A stretch of DNA of 64,000 bases, from contig NC_058368.1 of the NCBI RefSeq assembly GCF_018350175.1, forward strand, positions 175,772,001 through 175,836,000, given 5' to 3'. Positions 1 to 14,674 of the stretch are shown piece after piece. The notes under the pieces are model-generated. The model did not search any database. It had not been told where the DNA came from and was given only the letters and a program-made list of their open reading frames with translations. Source of the stretch: Felis catus (Eukaryota). How positions within the stretch are numbered: position 1 is the stretch's first letter; each line of letters starts with the position of its first letter. Position numbers and translations under genes: made by a program.

Positions 1-972
1 AGGATGGGAGGACGGAGAGGAGGGGAGGAGGGGGAGGAGGGGAGGAGGGAGAGGATGGGAGGAGGGGAAGGAGGGCAGGAGGGGGAAGAGGGCAGGAGGG
101 GGAAGAGGGCAGGAGGGGGAGGATGGGGAGGAGGGCAGGAGGGGGAGGACGGGAGGAGGGGGAGGAGGGGAGGAGGGGGAGGAGGGGGAGGAGGGGAGGA
201 GGGGGAAGACAGGAGGGGAGGAGGGAGAGGAGGTAGAGGGGAGGAGAAGGAGGATGGGTTAGAGCTGAGGAGAGGAAGCAGGAGGGGGAGGGGAGGAAGG
301 GAGGATGGGAGGAGGGGGAGGAGGTAGAGGAGAGGAGGAGGAGGATGGGTTAGAGCTGAGGAGAGGAAGCAGGAGGGGGAGGGGAGGAAGGGAGGATGGG
401 AGGAGGGGGAGGAGGTAGAGGAGAGGAGGAGGAGGATGGGTTAGAGCTGAGAAGAGGAAGGAGGAGGGGGAGGAGGGGGAGGGGGAAGAGGGGAGGAGGA
501 TGGGGAAGAGCTGAGGAGAGGAAGGAGAAGGGGGAAGGGAGGAGGGGGTGGAGGGGAGGAGGGGGTGGAGGGGAGGAGGGGTGAAGGGGAGGAGGAGGAT
601 GATGGGGAAGAGCTGAGGAGAGGAAGGAGGAAGGAGGAGGGGGAGGGGAGGAGGGGAGGAGGAGGATGGGGAAGAGCTGAGGAGGGGAAGGGAGGAGGGG
701 AGGAGGAGGATGGGGAAGAGCTGAGGAGAGGAAGGTGGAGGGGGAAGGGAGGAGGGGGAGGAGGTGAGGAGGATGGGGAAGAGCTGAGGAGAGAAAGGTG
801 GAGGGGGAGAGGAGAAGGGGAGGAAGGGAGGAGGAGGAGGATGGGGAAGAGCTGAAGAGAGGAAAGAGGAGGGGGAGGGGATGAGGGGGAGGAAGGGGAG
901 GAGAAGGAGGACAGGGAAGATGTGAGGAGGGGAAGGAGGAGGTGGGGGCAGAGGGGGAGGGAGGAGGAGGAG
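1..972. repeat. G/A-rich compound tandem repeat (runs off the window start)
   Basis: GGA/GGGGGA runs with a recurring GGATGGG(TT/GA)AGAGCTGAGGAGAGGAAG core. Cores at 252, 343 and 434 are 91 nt apart. Confidence 0.95.
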
Positions 973-1894
973 GTTTTGCTCTGGAATGGGACATAGAGCT
1001 TAAAACTGAAATGGGTACAAAATCAGATTGGTGACAGAAATAGCACTCTTTTCCGAAGCATGAATTCTATTTTGCCTAATCTAAAAAGAGATTTTTCTGC
1101 GATACAAACCTCCCCGTCTGTGCCTGCTTCACCAAGATGTAGGCTTTGATCGACTCCATCGAGTATGGAAACCTAACCCACCACAGAATGAACTATATTC
1201 GGGGCTCTGTCAGGTTAATCTCCAAAGAAATCTGACGGACAGGGCCGAGGCTTGAGGCAACACAGAACAGATAACCAGAGTCTGCAGCCCAGCCATCCCT
1301 CACGCGGCACAGCCTGGCACTGGGATGGTCCTCCTCGCGGGCAGACCTTGGTGACCACCCCGGAGACCTCCCGTGCCCACTGCAGGGCTTGACACGGGAG
1401 CTGCTCTGCAAACAGTCACCAGCTCACATCTCTGAGCTTACAAACGCGGGCGACGACCGTCAAACTTGACCTACCATCAGGATTCGCCAGCTAATCTCAA
1501 AACTGGCCAGATCTCAGACTTCTTCTCCAACATGGGTTTTCACATTTCTTTTCTGTGGCATGTACTGTTGATAACGAGCCTCACAGATGATTCGAGCATT
1601 CTGGGTATTTATATGGGACTTGAACCTTCCCTGAGGATTCAGACCTGTACCGTGAGGTCAGATTTTGACCAAATGTGCGTCTGTGATGTAGGCAACAGGT
1701 CTCGTTCTTGTCTTTTCTCTCACTTATTGTGGTTCAGAATTCTGTGTTTTGGGCTTACTTATCTTGTGTCTGTTTGCCCCCCTGAAAGTACTGATGTCCA
1801 TAAAGACCAGAACCCTATCTAGCCTGTTCACCACAGCAGAATATGACCTGGCACTAATATGACGAATGACACATGGCAGGTGCTGCACAAACAC

Positions 1895-1924
1895 TGAATG
1901 AATGAATGAATGAATGAATGAATG
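1895..1924. repeat. (TGAA)n repeat, likely an L2 tail
   Basis: About seven TGAA units preceded by L2-like 3'-end sequence. Confidence 0.85.
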
Positions 1925-4900
1925 GGTTGGATCAAACACCTCTTGGCTTCTTAGCTCCCTGAGACAGACTCTTGGGCTCAGTATCACCAGAAGGCCTTTG
2001 GCTGCCTGCTTGGGGTCCCCAAGCCCTTTGTGAGCTGGCCAGTCATGTCAACATGGTGTTGGGACCCCAGATCTGACCTCCAGGGTGGCTGCAGGTCCTC
2101 ATTTGGCACAGTTGAGACCAGGGGAGCCTTCGCCATAAGGGTGAGCTCGTGCCGGGGGCCTGGAGGACAGGCCCACTAGAGAGCTTACTTGACCACTGTC
2201 CCAGTCAGGACCCGGCTTGGGAAGAGCATCTCTGACTTCAGCGGCCAGCACCAGCATGTGCACACACAGGAGGGCAGCAGGAAGGAAAGTATATCCCCCC
2301 TACACACCTGGCCATAACCCCAAGGTCAGGGAGCCATGCACTTGGGGAAGGTGGGCCATATGTAATAATGCACAGTCTGATAGAGCTACATCTCTATTTT
2401 GCAAGACCTGTCCTCTAATGAAGTCACAGCAGGTGCAAGACACAGAGGGGGCTGGGGCAGGCCTCGGGAGAGACAGTGGTGAACATATTCCACCCCTGGC
2501 ACATGTTCTGGACTGCAGGCCCAGCCCCAACCCTCCAGGGAGGCTTCCTGTGGAATGACTTCTTCAATGAACCCATCCCTGTCCCGCTGCTCCGTCAACC
2601 ACGGACACACTGACCTGCTAGTCAGGCTCGTTCTCACCTCCAGGACTTTATACAACTGCTTCCTTTCCCAGGACCCTCTTTCCTCAGGTCTGAGCATGGC
2701 AAGGTCGCAGTTCAAACACCGCCTTTCAAAAGAAGCCTTCCCTGGCCACCTACTGATATGGACCCAAAATGATTTTGATCTTGATTTTGTTTATTTCTCA
2801 CTTGCTTCTAAGTTCCAAAACCTGAGACCATGCCACCTTTCACGTACTCCCTTAGCCCAGCACAGGGAAGCACACAGAAGGCACCTGATAAACATTTATG
2901 CAGGTAAATGAGTACGTGACTGAGTGACCGAGTGCATGTGCTCAGTTCAACAGTGAGGACCAACATGGCTTCCCAGGGTCCATTCATTACCAGGCCTGTC
3001 CAGTCAAGACACTAATCCCAAGTCCCCTGGGACGGTGAGGCCAAAGCTCTCAGGAAGAGTCTCCCTGTAAGAACAGGCTCTACATCCAGGTCCTGGCAAG
3101 TTTTTATTTTTATTCAACACTGACTACATGGCAAGCACTTGACGTGCAAGCCTTTGTCTAATTCACAGCTTCCCTCTGAGTGGCCACCATGGTGACTCCC
3201 ATTTCACAGATAAGAAGCCCTACTTGGGGAGGTTAAGCAGCTTGTTCAAGGTCTCTTGGCTGTGAAGTCAAGGACCTCGTTTGGCCCGCCCCTGGTGAGC
3301 CAGGGCTCAAAGGCCTCTTTCCTGCCTCCCTGCACCCCTCCAAGTCAGTCAGGAAGCCTGTGCCCGCAGGGGGCAGTGTAGGAAAGAGCTGTTCTCTGAA
3401 ATGGCGGTTCCCATCCCTTCACCCAACAAGTATCGACCAGGCCCTTGCTCTGTGTAGGTGCCAAGGTCAAGGGCTGGAGCACAGAGACGGAGCCCCACCC
3501 ACCTACAGCTCAGGGACACCCATGCTGCAGTGAGTCATAGCACAGTGGTCTTCTAGAAAGGTTTTTCTTAATTAAACGTAATTAAAATTCCTCAGGTTTT
3601 GAAGACTTCTTAAAATTCCTTGGGGGTGGGGGTTGGCAGTGAATGTGGAGTGAGCGCTAGCGTCTCAATTCAGGGGACACACTTGAGGCTAGGGGTAGCA
3701 GGACGGGAAGGTGGGGGGCCTTGGCCACACAGGCAAGCTGGCTAGGTGGGCTGGCCTCCCAGGGCTTGCCCCAGTTTGGAGCCATTTCCTCCCCCAATTC
3801 TGACTTCCTAGCTCTCCAGCCGTGAGCTCTGGACCCTGGCAGAGGACCACCGGGCACTGGTGTGGAGAAACGTGCCCTGCTCAGTATTTTGTAGCAGGTC
3901 TTAAAGTAGAGGCACCAAGACCTCTGCTGAGACACTGGAATTTTTCAATTTGAAGCCCAAAGTTCGCTCTCTCTCTCTCTCTCTTGTTCTTTCGTTCATT
4001 CATTCCTGGCAAACTGCGTGTTCTCTCCTCCTTCCCTGGTGAAGCCCATTGTCATTCCGGCAGCATTTCAGCCCACTGCAGGCATAGCGGAGGCTCCCTC
4101 TTCCAGATTTCTCTGTCAAATCGCTGGCAAGGACAAAGCCGTTGGGAGCAAGATGCGGTAACTAGCTTTTTAATTTCATGGCCCGAGGTTGTCAGGACAG
4201 TGCAGAGAGCATTGCCAACGATTCGGAGAGCGGCCCATGAATCTGGGGCACAGCAGGCAAGAACAAGGGACACTTCAGCTGGTGGGGGTGGGGCTGGGTG
4301 CTGGCAGGCACTTGGAGGAGAAAGTTCTCTTCTTCCAAATTTGTTTCGTTTGGATCCCATGTTAATTTAAAAAGATCAGTTCAGCAATTTTTCGCCCTTC
4401 CACAAGAAAGTGTTTTAGACGGCTGAGAAAGCAAAAAAAGAAGTGTCCTTCTCCAGCGGGGATAAGGATCAGGTGGTCAGAGGCTGCTATGAAATGGGGC
4501 TTGTAAATTGGAGGGAGAGCTGCTGTATTTCCAAATCATTTTTGCAAACGTGGATGACAGCACAAATGCACCTCCAGATTAAGACAGTGACACTGTCACA
4601 GTGAAAAGACCTGCATCCCAGCCCCAAGCTCAGGGACAGATTTGCCGTGTGACTGTGGGTCAGGGGTCCTCCCTCTCTGAGCTCTGCAAATTGAAAGGAC
4701 TGAAGAAAATAATCCCTAAAATCCTTTCCCACCTTTACGCTTCTCTGCTTTTTTTCCAAGCCCATCATTACCTTAAATCTGGGGTCTCTGGTCTCATGGG
4801 TGGGACCTCAGCTGGGTCTGAACTGAGAGGACTGAGCTGTGCCCACCCAGGAGGGGAGTGACAGAAGCGCATCACGAAGGACAGTCACCGCTTGACAGCC

Positions 4901-6750
4901 GCACTGCCCGAGATTCCCCGCCGGACATACCCCATTAACCTTTTACACAGTTAAAGTGGTAAACTTGCGCTGGAGTTGGGATTCACGGTTCCCACAGCTC
5001 CGTCAAATGCATTCTCTTTCAAATTCCTCACATCCACCCCATAAGGTCCTGTTATTTGTTATAAAGTGAGGTCCTGTTATTTGCTCCATTTTACAGAAAA
5101 GGAATGTGTGATTCACGGACCTAAAGGTGGCCCAAGTGTGACCAGAACCCCCTTCCCCAGTACCCTCTGGCCTGCTCTGGGCTAACATACACAAGGTCTG
5201 CTTCCGGGAAGTGGCCCATAAGGGGAAGAGAAGCCAGCATGTGCGTCTTCCCTCCTGCCTCCCTGCAGCCTCACAAGTGCCCCCTAATTGGCTGTTTTTG
5301 TCCAAGGCTCCTCGTCTCCAGCAACATGAACGGACGCTGGGTGATTTAAGCTGAAAGGGAATTTATAGAAAGGATACTGGGCAGCTCACGGAACAGATGG
5401 GAAGGCTGGAAAATGAGGCTTAGGAAGCAGGCAAGAAAAAAGCGAGGCCACACGGCCAGAATCAGAACCCAGACTCTCGCGACGGCTCCAGCCCAGTAAT
5501 GTCACCATCGCAGCTGCCACGAACGCACAGCCCCTGGCTCCCCACAGCTCCGCACGATCTCCGCTGGCCTTGGCCACGCGCCTGCACCTGAGCTGCAAGG
5601 GAGGCTGGGAAGTGGGGGGTGCCTGGCATTTTCACCTTCTTAAAGCGAGGCTCTGCCTCTCAACAAGTCGCTGAGGGTGGCGCCAAGCCCCAAACGGGAA
5701 AGGCGCTGGGATGCCAGGCAACCACAGAGATGGGAAATGTGCACCATCCATCAGGTAGGCTCAGTAATGCTGTGTGAACAAGACTTCCTAAATCTGAGCG
5801 GCTTCAAATATTAAAGATTTATTTCTTGTCCACTCTACATATCCATCAAGGGCCAGCTGGGGGCTCTGCTCCAGGTCATTCTTTGCCCAGATCTCAGGCT
5901 GACAGCACAGCCACCATTTCAGATACTGCCCACTGTCACCCCGGCAGAGCGAAAGGGAGATTCGAGTGACACATGTCACTTCTAACTCATGGCTCACTGG
6001 CTGCACTACTCACATGGCCCTGCCTTGGGGCCAGCAGGTGCAATCCTGCCTTGGATGTAGGAGACAGAAAGCTGGGAATATCCGAAGAGCATTAAGGATG
6101 CCCACAGTCCACTACATGAACCCTGCCAACCACAGCCCATCTAGGGAGCGAATAGAGGAAAAACGCCCTGAAATGGAAATACGAGACCTGACTTTCATTC
6201 CAGGTTGAGCTACCAAGGTCTGTGTGTTCCTCTAGCACCTCCAAGGCTCCAGGGATCCCCCACCTTTGGGTGTGGTCACAGAAAGCCGTCCACTCAAATT
6301 TCAAATGCCAACAGCAAATGTCAGAGCACCATCTACCATGAAGCATCGGAAGGGCCGGGCATAATCCGACAGCCAAAAGTGCAGATCAGCCCCCTGGAGC
6401 TCAGGTGGGCAGGCGGCCTCCTCCTCCTCACTCACGGGCTCCTTAGTCACTACACTGTTTCCCCAGAAAGATGGATACTTCTCTGCAGCTCTACGTTCTC
6501 TCTGAAAATAAACCCTCTGCCTGCACCTGACGGACAGCAGCAGGAGCTGGGCCGTCTACAGGCCACTGGGGCCATAATCTCCCTCAGCCACAGAGAGACA
6601 ACAGGCAAGCGGAATCCCAGAAAAGTGCAGAGAACCAGGCACGGAGAGTGAGGGTCTGCATCTCTGCAGGATCTCACACACCTGGGTCCGACTAGCTACA
6701 CAGCCCTTCCTTAAGTTGTGATGTTGACACTTCTAAAAGGAGTGAGAGCA

Positions 6751-6968
6751 GGGGTGCCTGGGTGGCTCAATCGCTTAAGCGTCCCACTTCAGCTCGGGTC
6801 ATGATCTCACAGTCCGTGAGTTCGAGCCCCACGTCGGACTCTGTGCTGACAGCTCAGAGCCTGGAGCCTGCTTCAGATTCGGTGTTTCCCTCTCTCTCTG
6901 CCCCTCCCCTGCTCATGCTCTGTCTCTGTCTCAAAAATAAATTCAAAAACGTTAAAAAAATTTTTTAA
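6751..6968 (+). mobile_element. CanSINE
   Basis: GGGGTGCCTGGGTGGCTCA head, GTTCGAGCCC B-box, CT tract and A-rich tail. Confidence 0.92.
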
Positions 6969-7774
6969 AGGAGGAAGAGCAATTATTGGTAACAACTGGG
7001 CCAATGACCAACAGACTAAATACAAAAGCTCCCATCGACACCCAGGCCAGGGAAGAGGGCGGTTGTAGCTTCTGACAAGTGGGCTTCATAGATACAACAC
7101 AGACCCCTAGTCTCCTCCCAATATACATGTGCCACTTCTTCCTTAATAATATGAACCACAATTTCTAACTGGAAGCTGCACCAGAAAGCTCTCCAAGACT
7201 GTGGCCAGCCATCTTGGATCACAAGGCAGCATTCCCAAGATGGTGGAGCTTAGGAGTCTGAGGGTCAGAGAGCCACCCTATCCGCCCAGGACTGCCTTCC
7301 TCCAGACTTTTCCATGAGACAGACAAACTCCTGTCGTGTGTAAGCCACTGCTATTTTGCGGTTTACAGGTCTTAGCAGCAACATGCAACTGTGAACAGCT
7401 CTAACAGAAGCAGAAGAGTCACGTTAACCACACTCCTGTTTTCAAAGGAGTGTGGAGCTGGCTGAAAGGGTGAGCTTCCTGCTTGGATGACCTCCTTGAT
7501 GGGTCTGGGGATGCAAAAGCGGGACTGGGGCTCAGTCTGGAAAAGGGAGCTGAAGAGAGCTGACTTATGTTGCATCCCACGATGAGAAGTGGGCACTCTG
7601 GTGGCAAACCGTGAGGGTGGGAGTGAAGACGGGCACGGGGAGAGGGGCCGGGAGATAAGCTGGACGGAGGCTTGTGCACTCGCGAGGAGAAAAAGCTGAT
7701 CACGAATCCCTCATGATACGGGAAGCCCTCTATGAGCAAGAAGGTTGAAGGTACAATTTGCAGTTTGTTCTTTA

Positions 7775-7992
7775 ATTTTTTTTTAATGTTTTTTTCATTT
7801 ATTTTTGAGAGAGGGCAGAGACAGAATGCGAGTGGGTTGGGGCAGAGAGAGAGGGAGACACAGAATCCCAAGCAGGCTCCAGGCTCTGAGCTGTCAGCAC
7901 GGAGCCCGATGTGGGACTCGAACTCACAGACCGTGAGATCATGACCTGAGCTGAAGTCGGACGCTCAACCGACTGAGCCATCCAGGCGCCCC
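7775..7992 (-). mobile_element. CanSINE
   Basis: Full reverse-strand copy flanked by CAGTTTGTT direct repeats. Confidence 0.92.
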
Positions 7993-8461
7993 CAGTTTGT
8001 TTTTTAATGTTGCTGAAATGTCAGTGCCTCCTCTGGTACCCTCAGAATTTCAGTTGGTAATAAAGAATCAAGATGCTGAGTTCCCTACAAAAACCCACAA
8101 GCTACAAGGAACAGGGTAGAGGCACGAGTGCCAAAGCAGAGGTGACCATGGAGAATTGCAGAAATCGTGGAGGGGGTCAGGCTTGGCCTTCTGCAGGGCT
8201 CAGGATGGCCATGGTAGGGGTGGGGTGAACAGTCTTATCTAGATCTCAAGGGGCATGTGACATCTGCCACTTGTCTCCTCACTGCTCGTCTCCAGCTTCA
8301 CCCAGTCTGTGCTGTCCTAGAGAAATTTCTACAAACCGCACATCGGATGCTGGTCCTGCCCTATTTAAAGCTTATCATCTCCACCCCAAGGTCAAGTTCA
8401 ACTGCCAAAATGGTAGCATCTGAGACCCCAGCCCACTTCATCAACTTCATCTCTCTCTCTC

Positions 8462-8485
8462 TTTTTTGTAAGTTTATTGACTTTT

Positions 8486-8518
<33 letters not shown>

Positions 8519-8896
8519 TGTGGGCACAGGCAGGGAAGGTGCAGAGAAAGAATCCCAAGCAGTCTCCACACCATCAGTGCAGAGCCCGACTCGGGAGTTT
8601 GAACCCATGAATCATGAGAGCCGAAATCAAGAGTCAGACACTTGGGGCGCCCGGGTGGCTCAGTCAGTTAAGTGTCCGACTTGCGCTCAGGTCATGGTCT
8701 CACAGTTCGTTGAGTTTGAGTCCCACGTCGGGCTCTGTGCTGATAGCTTGGAGCCTGGAGCCTTCTTCAGATTCTATGTCTCCCTCTCTCTCTGCCCTCC
8801 CCTGCTCACACTCTGTCTCTCTCTCCCTCAAAATAAATAAACATTTAAAAAAAAAAAAAAAGAGACACTTAGCCAACTGAGCCACCCAGGTGCTCC
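8462..8896 (-). mobile_element. Older CanSINE split by a nested CanSINE
   Basis: Tail and body at 8462-8643, with the head resuming at ~8871-8896. Confidence 0.85.
8644..8862 (+). mobile_element. CanSINE nested in the opposite orientation
   Basis: Full copy with AGACACTT on both flanks. Confidence 0.9.
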
Positions 8897-11800
8897 AAAC
8901 TCCTCTCTTGCTGGTCCCCACCACACCCCACCCCAAATACATGCTCTACAACTCCACAGAGCTTGGAGACATGCAACTCTCTTCAGAATATACCTATGCT
9001 CTTCAAGCTTCTGGGCCTTTACCCAAGCTGACCCTCTGCCTGAGACTCTGAGCCTCTCCTTCTCTACCTACTTATCCAGGGAATCTTAATCACAACAGAA
9101 GTGAATTCTGGCTGATTCATGCAGTAAAGGAGGTAGTAACGGACATAGTGTGGCTCCCAGAATCTCTGGGAAGGCCAGAGATCCAGGCTTGAGGATGACA
9201 AGGCCAGGAGCTGCACCCAAAGTCCCACTACTAGACATTTCATGGTGACACTACTGCCCCAATGCTGGGACAGACAAGGCAGCAGCTGCCTCTGATGCTG
9301 CCCATGCAGGCACCGGACCCGTGGGGCCCCTCTGAAGGGGGTGCCACCTCCCCCTTACTTCTTCATATGCCCCCCTGCGGCATCAGCGGGCCAGGGTGGC
9401 CTCTGACAGCTGGAGTCCAGGCTGCATGTTTGGGAAGCGGAGAAATCAAGTCTCTGGGCTCTACGCCTCCTGCCAGCACTCATAAGCTGGAGACTGCCCA
9501 AATGCAGGAACGGTGCTCAAAGGAACTTCTAAAAAGAAGGGCAAATGCCCACTGCGCTCATCAGGACCCTGCTCCAACAGTGCCTCCTTGGTGACATTCC
9601 CCCCGGCTGTGTCGAGCAGTTCCCTGCACCCCTCTGTTCCCTCTGTACCCACCTCCCTCCTCAGGCACTCTATTAACGACCTCCCTCCAGGTTTTGAACT
9701 CTTCCAGGATGAGGACCAAGGCAGAGATCATGTCTGTATCTCACCTCTCCCCTCTAGCCCTCTGTACCTAGAACAGAATGTGGGTATCATTATTTCTGAG
9801 TGAACAAATAAGTGATTTAGCTCCACTACCAAGGACACATACGACAAGAGGACAATGAGTAATAACCGTGACGTATGTATGCACTTACCGTGCCCTCATT
9901 TCTGTGCTAGGTACTTAATGTACAATATTTTATTGACAAGTAGGGCTGATTTGGGTCCTCTCTGTTTTGCAGGTGGGGAATGTGAGGCCGATTAAAGAAG
10001 TTAAGTAACTTGCCAAAGACACTCAGCCAGCACTGCTGACCTGGGCCCCAAACCAGAAGGCTACCTCAGAGGGTTGGTCAGAGAAGGCAATGGAAGGAAA
10101 TCAGGAAGCTGGCCCAGCACTATGTAAGTCCACAGGCAGCTTCTAGAGCCTTCCTACCTAGGTTGTCTCAGGGGAGGGTAAGGACACAGGGTGCGGGAGC
10201 TCCCAGTGGCTCCCTACACTCCTCTGTCCTTGAGCCCCGAAGGATATAAATGTCCCACTATAGCCTGGAGTCCCCAGCAAAGCAGACACCAGGGCAGGGC
10301 TGGGGGTGGGGACAGCAGACAGCGGGTAGAGGCAGGGGGAAGAGCAGCAGGCTGTCATAGATCTGGGCAGGGACGCTCAACCACCCAAGGGCCACATTAA
10401 ACAACAGCCCCTTTGGCCCGGAAAGAGCTTCCTGAGTTCAGGAACAATAAAATCTACATGCACATACCTCCTCACCTGTGCACAGGCCCTTTCCTGTTCA
10501 ACAAACCATCACCAGTCTTCTCTCTAGAACCACCACAGGTAGCATGGATCTAGAACTTAGCACCTGCCAGGCACCACATCCCTTGGAGGTAGGTTCTGTA
10601 ATTACTGTCCTATCACACATGAGAAAACGGAGGCTCCAAGAAGAGGGCTGACCCATGATTCATAGCTACAACGTGGTGGGCGGGCCAGAATTCCATCCCA
10701 GGCCCGTCTCCAGAGGTCACAGTCCTCCTAAAATGTTACAGAAGGCAGAACCCAGGCTTTAGGCATCGGGCAGAACCCAGCGTGAACTTTGCTTGTGACT
10801 TCCCCTCCCTGCACCTCAGTGTCCTCATCTGTAAAATGAGAAGAATGTCTGTCTGCCTTGCAGGGCCACTGTCCCAACTACAGATAGTGGGGGCCCCACC
10901 GGGGCCAGGTATACAGTAGGCGCTCAATAACTATCACTTCCCTCCCTCTAGCTGGGGCAATCTGCTTCTCCTCCTGCCATAAAATCTTTGGAATTTCAGC
11001 GGTGTTTCCAGGACGATCCAACACACCCTAAAGCCAGCTGTCTCTCAGAAATGGAAGCGACTTCCCTCAGCTCAGAGACCTCTGCTTGCCCTGACAGGGC
11101 CTGGCTATAGAAAGTGGCCCCTGAGCCACACCCAGACACCCAGCACCTGGCCTGTCTTTGCCTCTGGGGTGGGAGTGGTGGGGTGTCGGAGGGTCATTCC
11201 CCCAGGCCTCACGGTCCCAGTCCTCGAATTTAGACGTTCTCTCCAAATACAAAGTCACAGAGAAACACCAAAGGAACAAAGAAGGCAACTGTCACACAGC
11301 TTTCAACTTTGTCCAACGGTTATATACCACAGGGCGTGTGGCACACTTATGAATTTATAGGCATCACATGTGTGTCACGCCTGAATTATCTTAGAAGCAG
11401 CCCCATCACATCACATCACAGTATATTGCACGCATCTGAAAGATGTTAGATTGTTACTGCTGACACCTCTCCAGAAGGTTCTTCTGGCCACCCTGTTTCA
11501 ACTCCCTTCTTCTGACAGATAAACGGTCAGGGAGAAGATGTCACCCACATATTCAAGGGAACCTTTATCAATGGCAATTGCTGTTAGGTCAAAGTGGCCA
11601 CATGGGCACAAGGGTGGAGGCTGGGAGTAGGACTTGGGGAGGGGACGACGGCGAGAAGCTGAAAACCCGCATGCCGAAGACCATCACCCTTTCTGGCCTG
11701 TTGATGGGTCCAGAAACTTCCACCTAGAGAGGCCACAGTCCCTGACCCTGGCCCGTTGTCAGAACCTCCCAAGAAACTTGTTTAAAAATGCAGATGGCCA

Positions 11801-12946
11801 TGACTCACCTCTAGGGACTGCTTCTGTAGGTTTGGGGGGATAGCTGAGCATCTATATTTTTAATATAAGGTCCTCAGGGAATTTGGATGGCTGCCAAAGT
11901 TGAAGAAGGACTGACTGACGCTGTCTCAAAGGGGGCACATAGTAAATGAGGCTGACTTGTGGCCATTTCTAGACATGAGCTGAAGGGATGGGCCCTGCGA
12001 GAAGGAAGTTGATTCAATGATGCATTCAGTCACTCATTCATTCGTTTTTCAGTTATTTCTCAGCTGATGGATTTAGTGGGGGAATGCGGTCAGGGTTGTA
12101 TCAGTCAGACTGCACTAGGGTCTGCTGTCCTAACAAACAGCTCCAAAAGCTCAGTGGCTTCGAACAACCAAGGTTTATTTCCCACTCCTGCCACATGTCC
12201 ATTAGGGGCCAGTGGGGCCTCTGCTCCACACCTCCTCCCTTTGGGACCCGGGATGACAGCCCAGCCACTACCTTAAACTGTGCTTCTTATCATAGCAGAT
12301 GGGAAGAGAGTTCTTGGAGCGTCCCATGTTGGTTTTTTCAATGTTTCCATCACTTCTGCTCACCAACTCACTGACTAGAACTCATTACATGGCCCCAACT
12401 AACCCTCAGGGTATTGGTTCATGACTGCTGTCCCTTTATGCTACAGCAGGAAGGGGTGCTTCTTCTATCAGTAAGGCAAAGCTTGCCCAGGAACCTCAGC
12501 TGATTATCTCTTTGGCCAGAAGCAGGACCTACGGCCACCCCTAGCAACAGTGGCATCTAGGGGAAGTATATACTTCAACAGGGCACGCTGCAGCCTCTTC
12601 TGTTGGTAAAGGAGGAGAATAGATACTGGATAAGCAACTAGAAATAAATAGGAAGACAGGGAGTGTCACTGGAGAATGAGAGACAATGTTGGCAGTGTGA
12701 CAACAATGAGAGATGGTGGAACCGGACCCCAGCAGCAACAGCATAGAGGACTTGACTACGAACTTGGCTTCACTGGGCTCACCAGCTTAGGGGTTGGCTG
12801 AGTGGTTCCCTACGTCATCACAAGATTAAAACTCCCAAAGTTATGCATATGTTAATCAAGATTTCTCCCCCCAATCATAGACTACAACTGAGTGCATTAG
12901 AATGTTGTAGCAAGATGGTATCGTTAGCTATTAATGGCCTACTACA

Positions 12947-13161
12947 GGGGCGCCTGGGTGGCGCAGTCGGTTAAGCGTCCGACTTCAGCCAGGTCACGAT
13001 CTCGCGGTCCGGGAGTTCGAGCCCCGCGTCGGGCTCTGGGCTGATGGCTCAGAGCCTGGAGCCTGTTTCCGATTCTGTGTCTCCCTCTCTCTCTGCCCCT
13101 CCCCCGTTCATGCTCTGTCTCTCTCTGTCCCCCAAAAAATAAATAAACATTGAAAAAAAAA
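12947..13161 (+). mobile_element. Young SINEC_Fc-type CanSINE
   Basis: CpG-intact copy with a perfect 17-bp TSD ATTAATGGCCTACTACA (12930-12946 / 13162-13178). Confidence 0.96.
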
Positions 13162-14674
13162 ATTAATGGCCTACTACATACCAGGTTCTGCATATATATG
13201 ATCACCCTAATTTTCAGGACAACAAAAGGTAGGTATTAATATCATCCCCACTTTACAGGTGAACAAGCCAACACTCATATTGGTTACTGGATGACCCTAA
13301 GTCAATAAGCAGAGGTGCTATGTCTAAACCCAACCCAGATTCCAAACTTCTCTCTTTCCTCAATATTATCTCAGGTTGCCTCTTTCCCTAGACGCCTTTC
13401 AGAATAATAATGTGAAATGACAACATGTTAAAAACACCAAAGCCTGAAATGATATCTGAGATGCATGTCTGGTAATAAAGGCGGTAATAGTATTGACTGG
13501 TGCTGAGGACTCCGCTTATTAAAGCTCTGTTTTTTGACGTGTATTTGGATCCATTTTGTCATTAGATACGCTGGAAAATATCAACAGAAACAAACAAAAA
13601 GCAGCTGAGATCACGTGGTATAGATACAGCCAACACACTACAGACAGGCGATCTTGAGAAACTCTGGATGCTGTTAATTAGGAAATGAACAGCTGTCCAG
13701 CCTAAGAAATGGCAGGGCTCCCTGGATGACGACACAGAAACAAGGAGAAAAAGGGCCACACCATGAACATGAATAACAATCAACAACGTATCTACCCCAA
13801 GTGGCTGCGGTGTCTAAATGCAGTCCTGGATTTAGCCATAGTGCTCTGGAATGCTCTTGCTTATGGACCAGGATCTTGGATTACATGGTTGGAAGGTTAC
13901 CAGGGCAACCTTTCTAACCTGGGGGCTCACTGCCCCAGCCTCCTACTCTATTTAGTCATGTATTTAGTCTGTTCTATAGTTAGAAGAGGAAATTTCCCAT
14001 TCATGATTTTTTCCATCCATCCATCATACATCTTCCAAGAGCCTGTATGTACCAGGCCCTGTTCTAGGTGAAACAGACAATCCCTTCATGGAATTTAGAG
14101 GTCAGCGGGAGGAGACAGAGGTAAATCAAACAACCCCCCAACCCAAAGGTAAATTTGCAACTGGAAGGTTATTAAACATTTGCTAAGGGCCAGGGATTAT
14201 ACTAAAAGGACTGCCAAAATGGTGCATAATCTTCTCCAAGGTCCTGAGGAGTGGAGGCTTGGAGAGGTGATTCAGCTTTCCCAAAGTCACACTGCCCCAA
14301 AGTGACAGTTGGAATTCCAATCCTGCGCCATCTGATGCAAAAAGCCCGTGCATGCACGTGGCTGCTTTTTTCCTGTTTCCCTTGGCAACCCATAGATCTC
14401 AATTCTTTCCAGCTCCTGCCCATTCTGTTTCGAGACCTGAGTTTAGACTTAACGGAGTTTCCACTCTTGTATGCAATCTTTGATATAAAATATTCCAGAA
14501 CCTAGTGCGTGAAATTCACTGGGATCAGGAAACCTGTTTCAGACCAGTTTTAAAACTGAGCTTCAACAATTATTTTTTTTCCTAAAGGATACCTGAAAAC
14601 CAGACGACCTGGGCCAAAATTAAAGCAATGATCTGTATAGAATTTCTAAAGGTGATGGATTATTAACGGAGCAA

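Noticed and set aside
4..994. Gly/Arg/Glu-rich and Pro-rich ORFs
   Set aside because: Artefacts of the GA-rich repeat.
12947..13030. tRNA-like A/B boxes at SINE heads read as tRNA genes
   Set aside because: These are the tRNA-derived heads of CanSINEs, followed by SINE body and tail.
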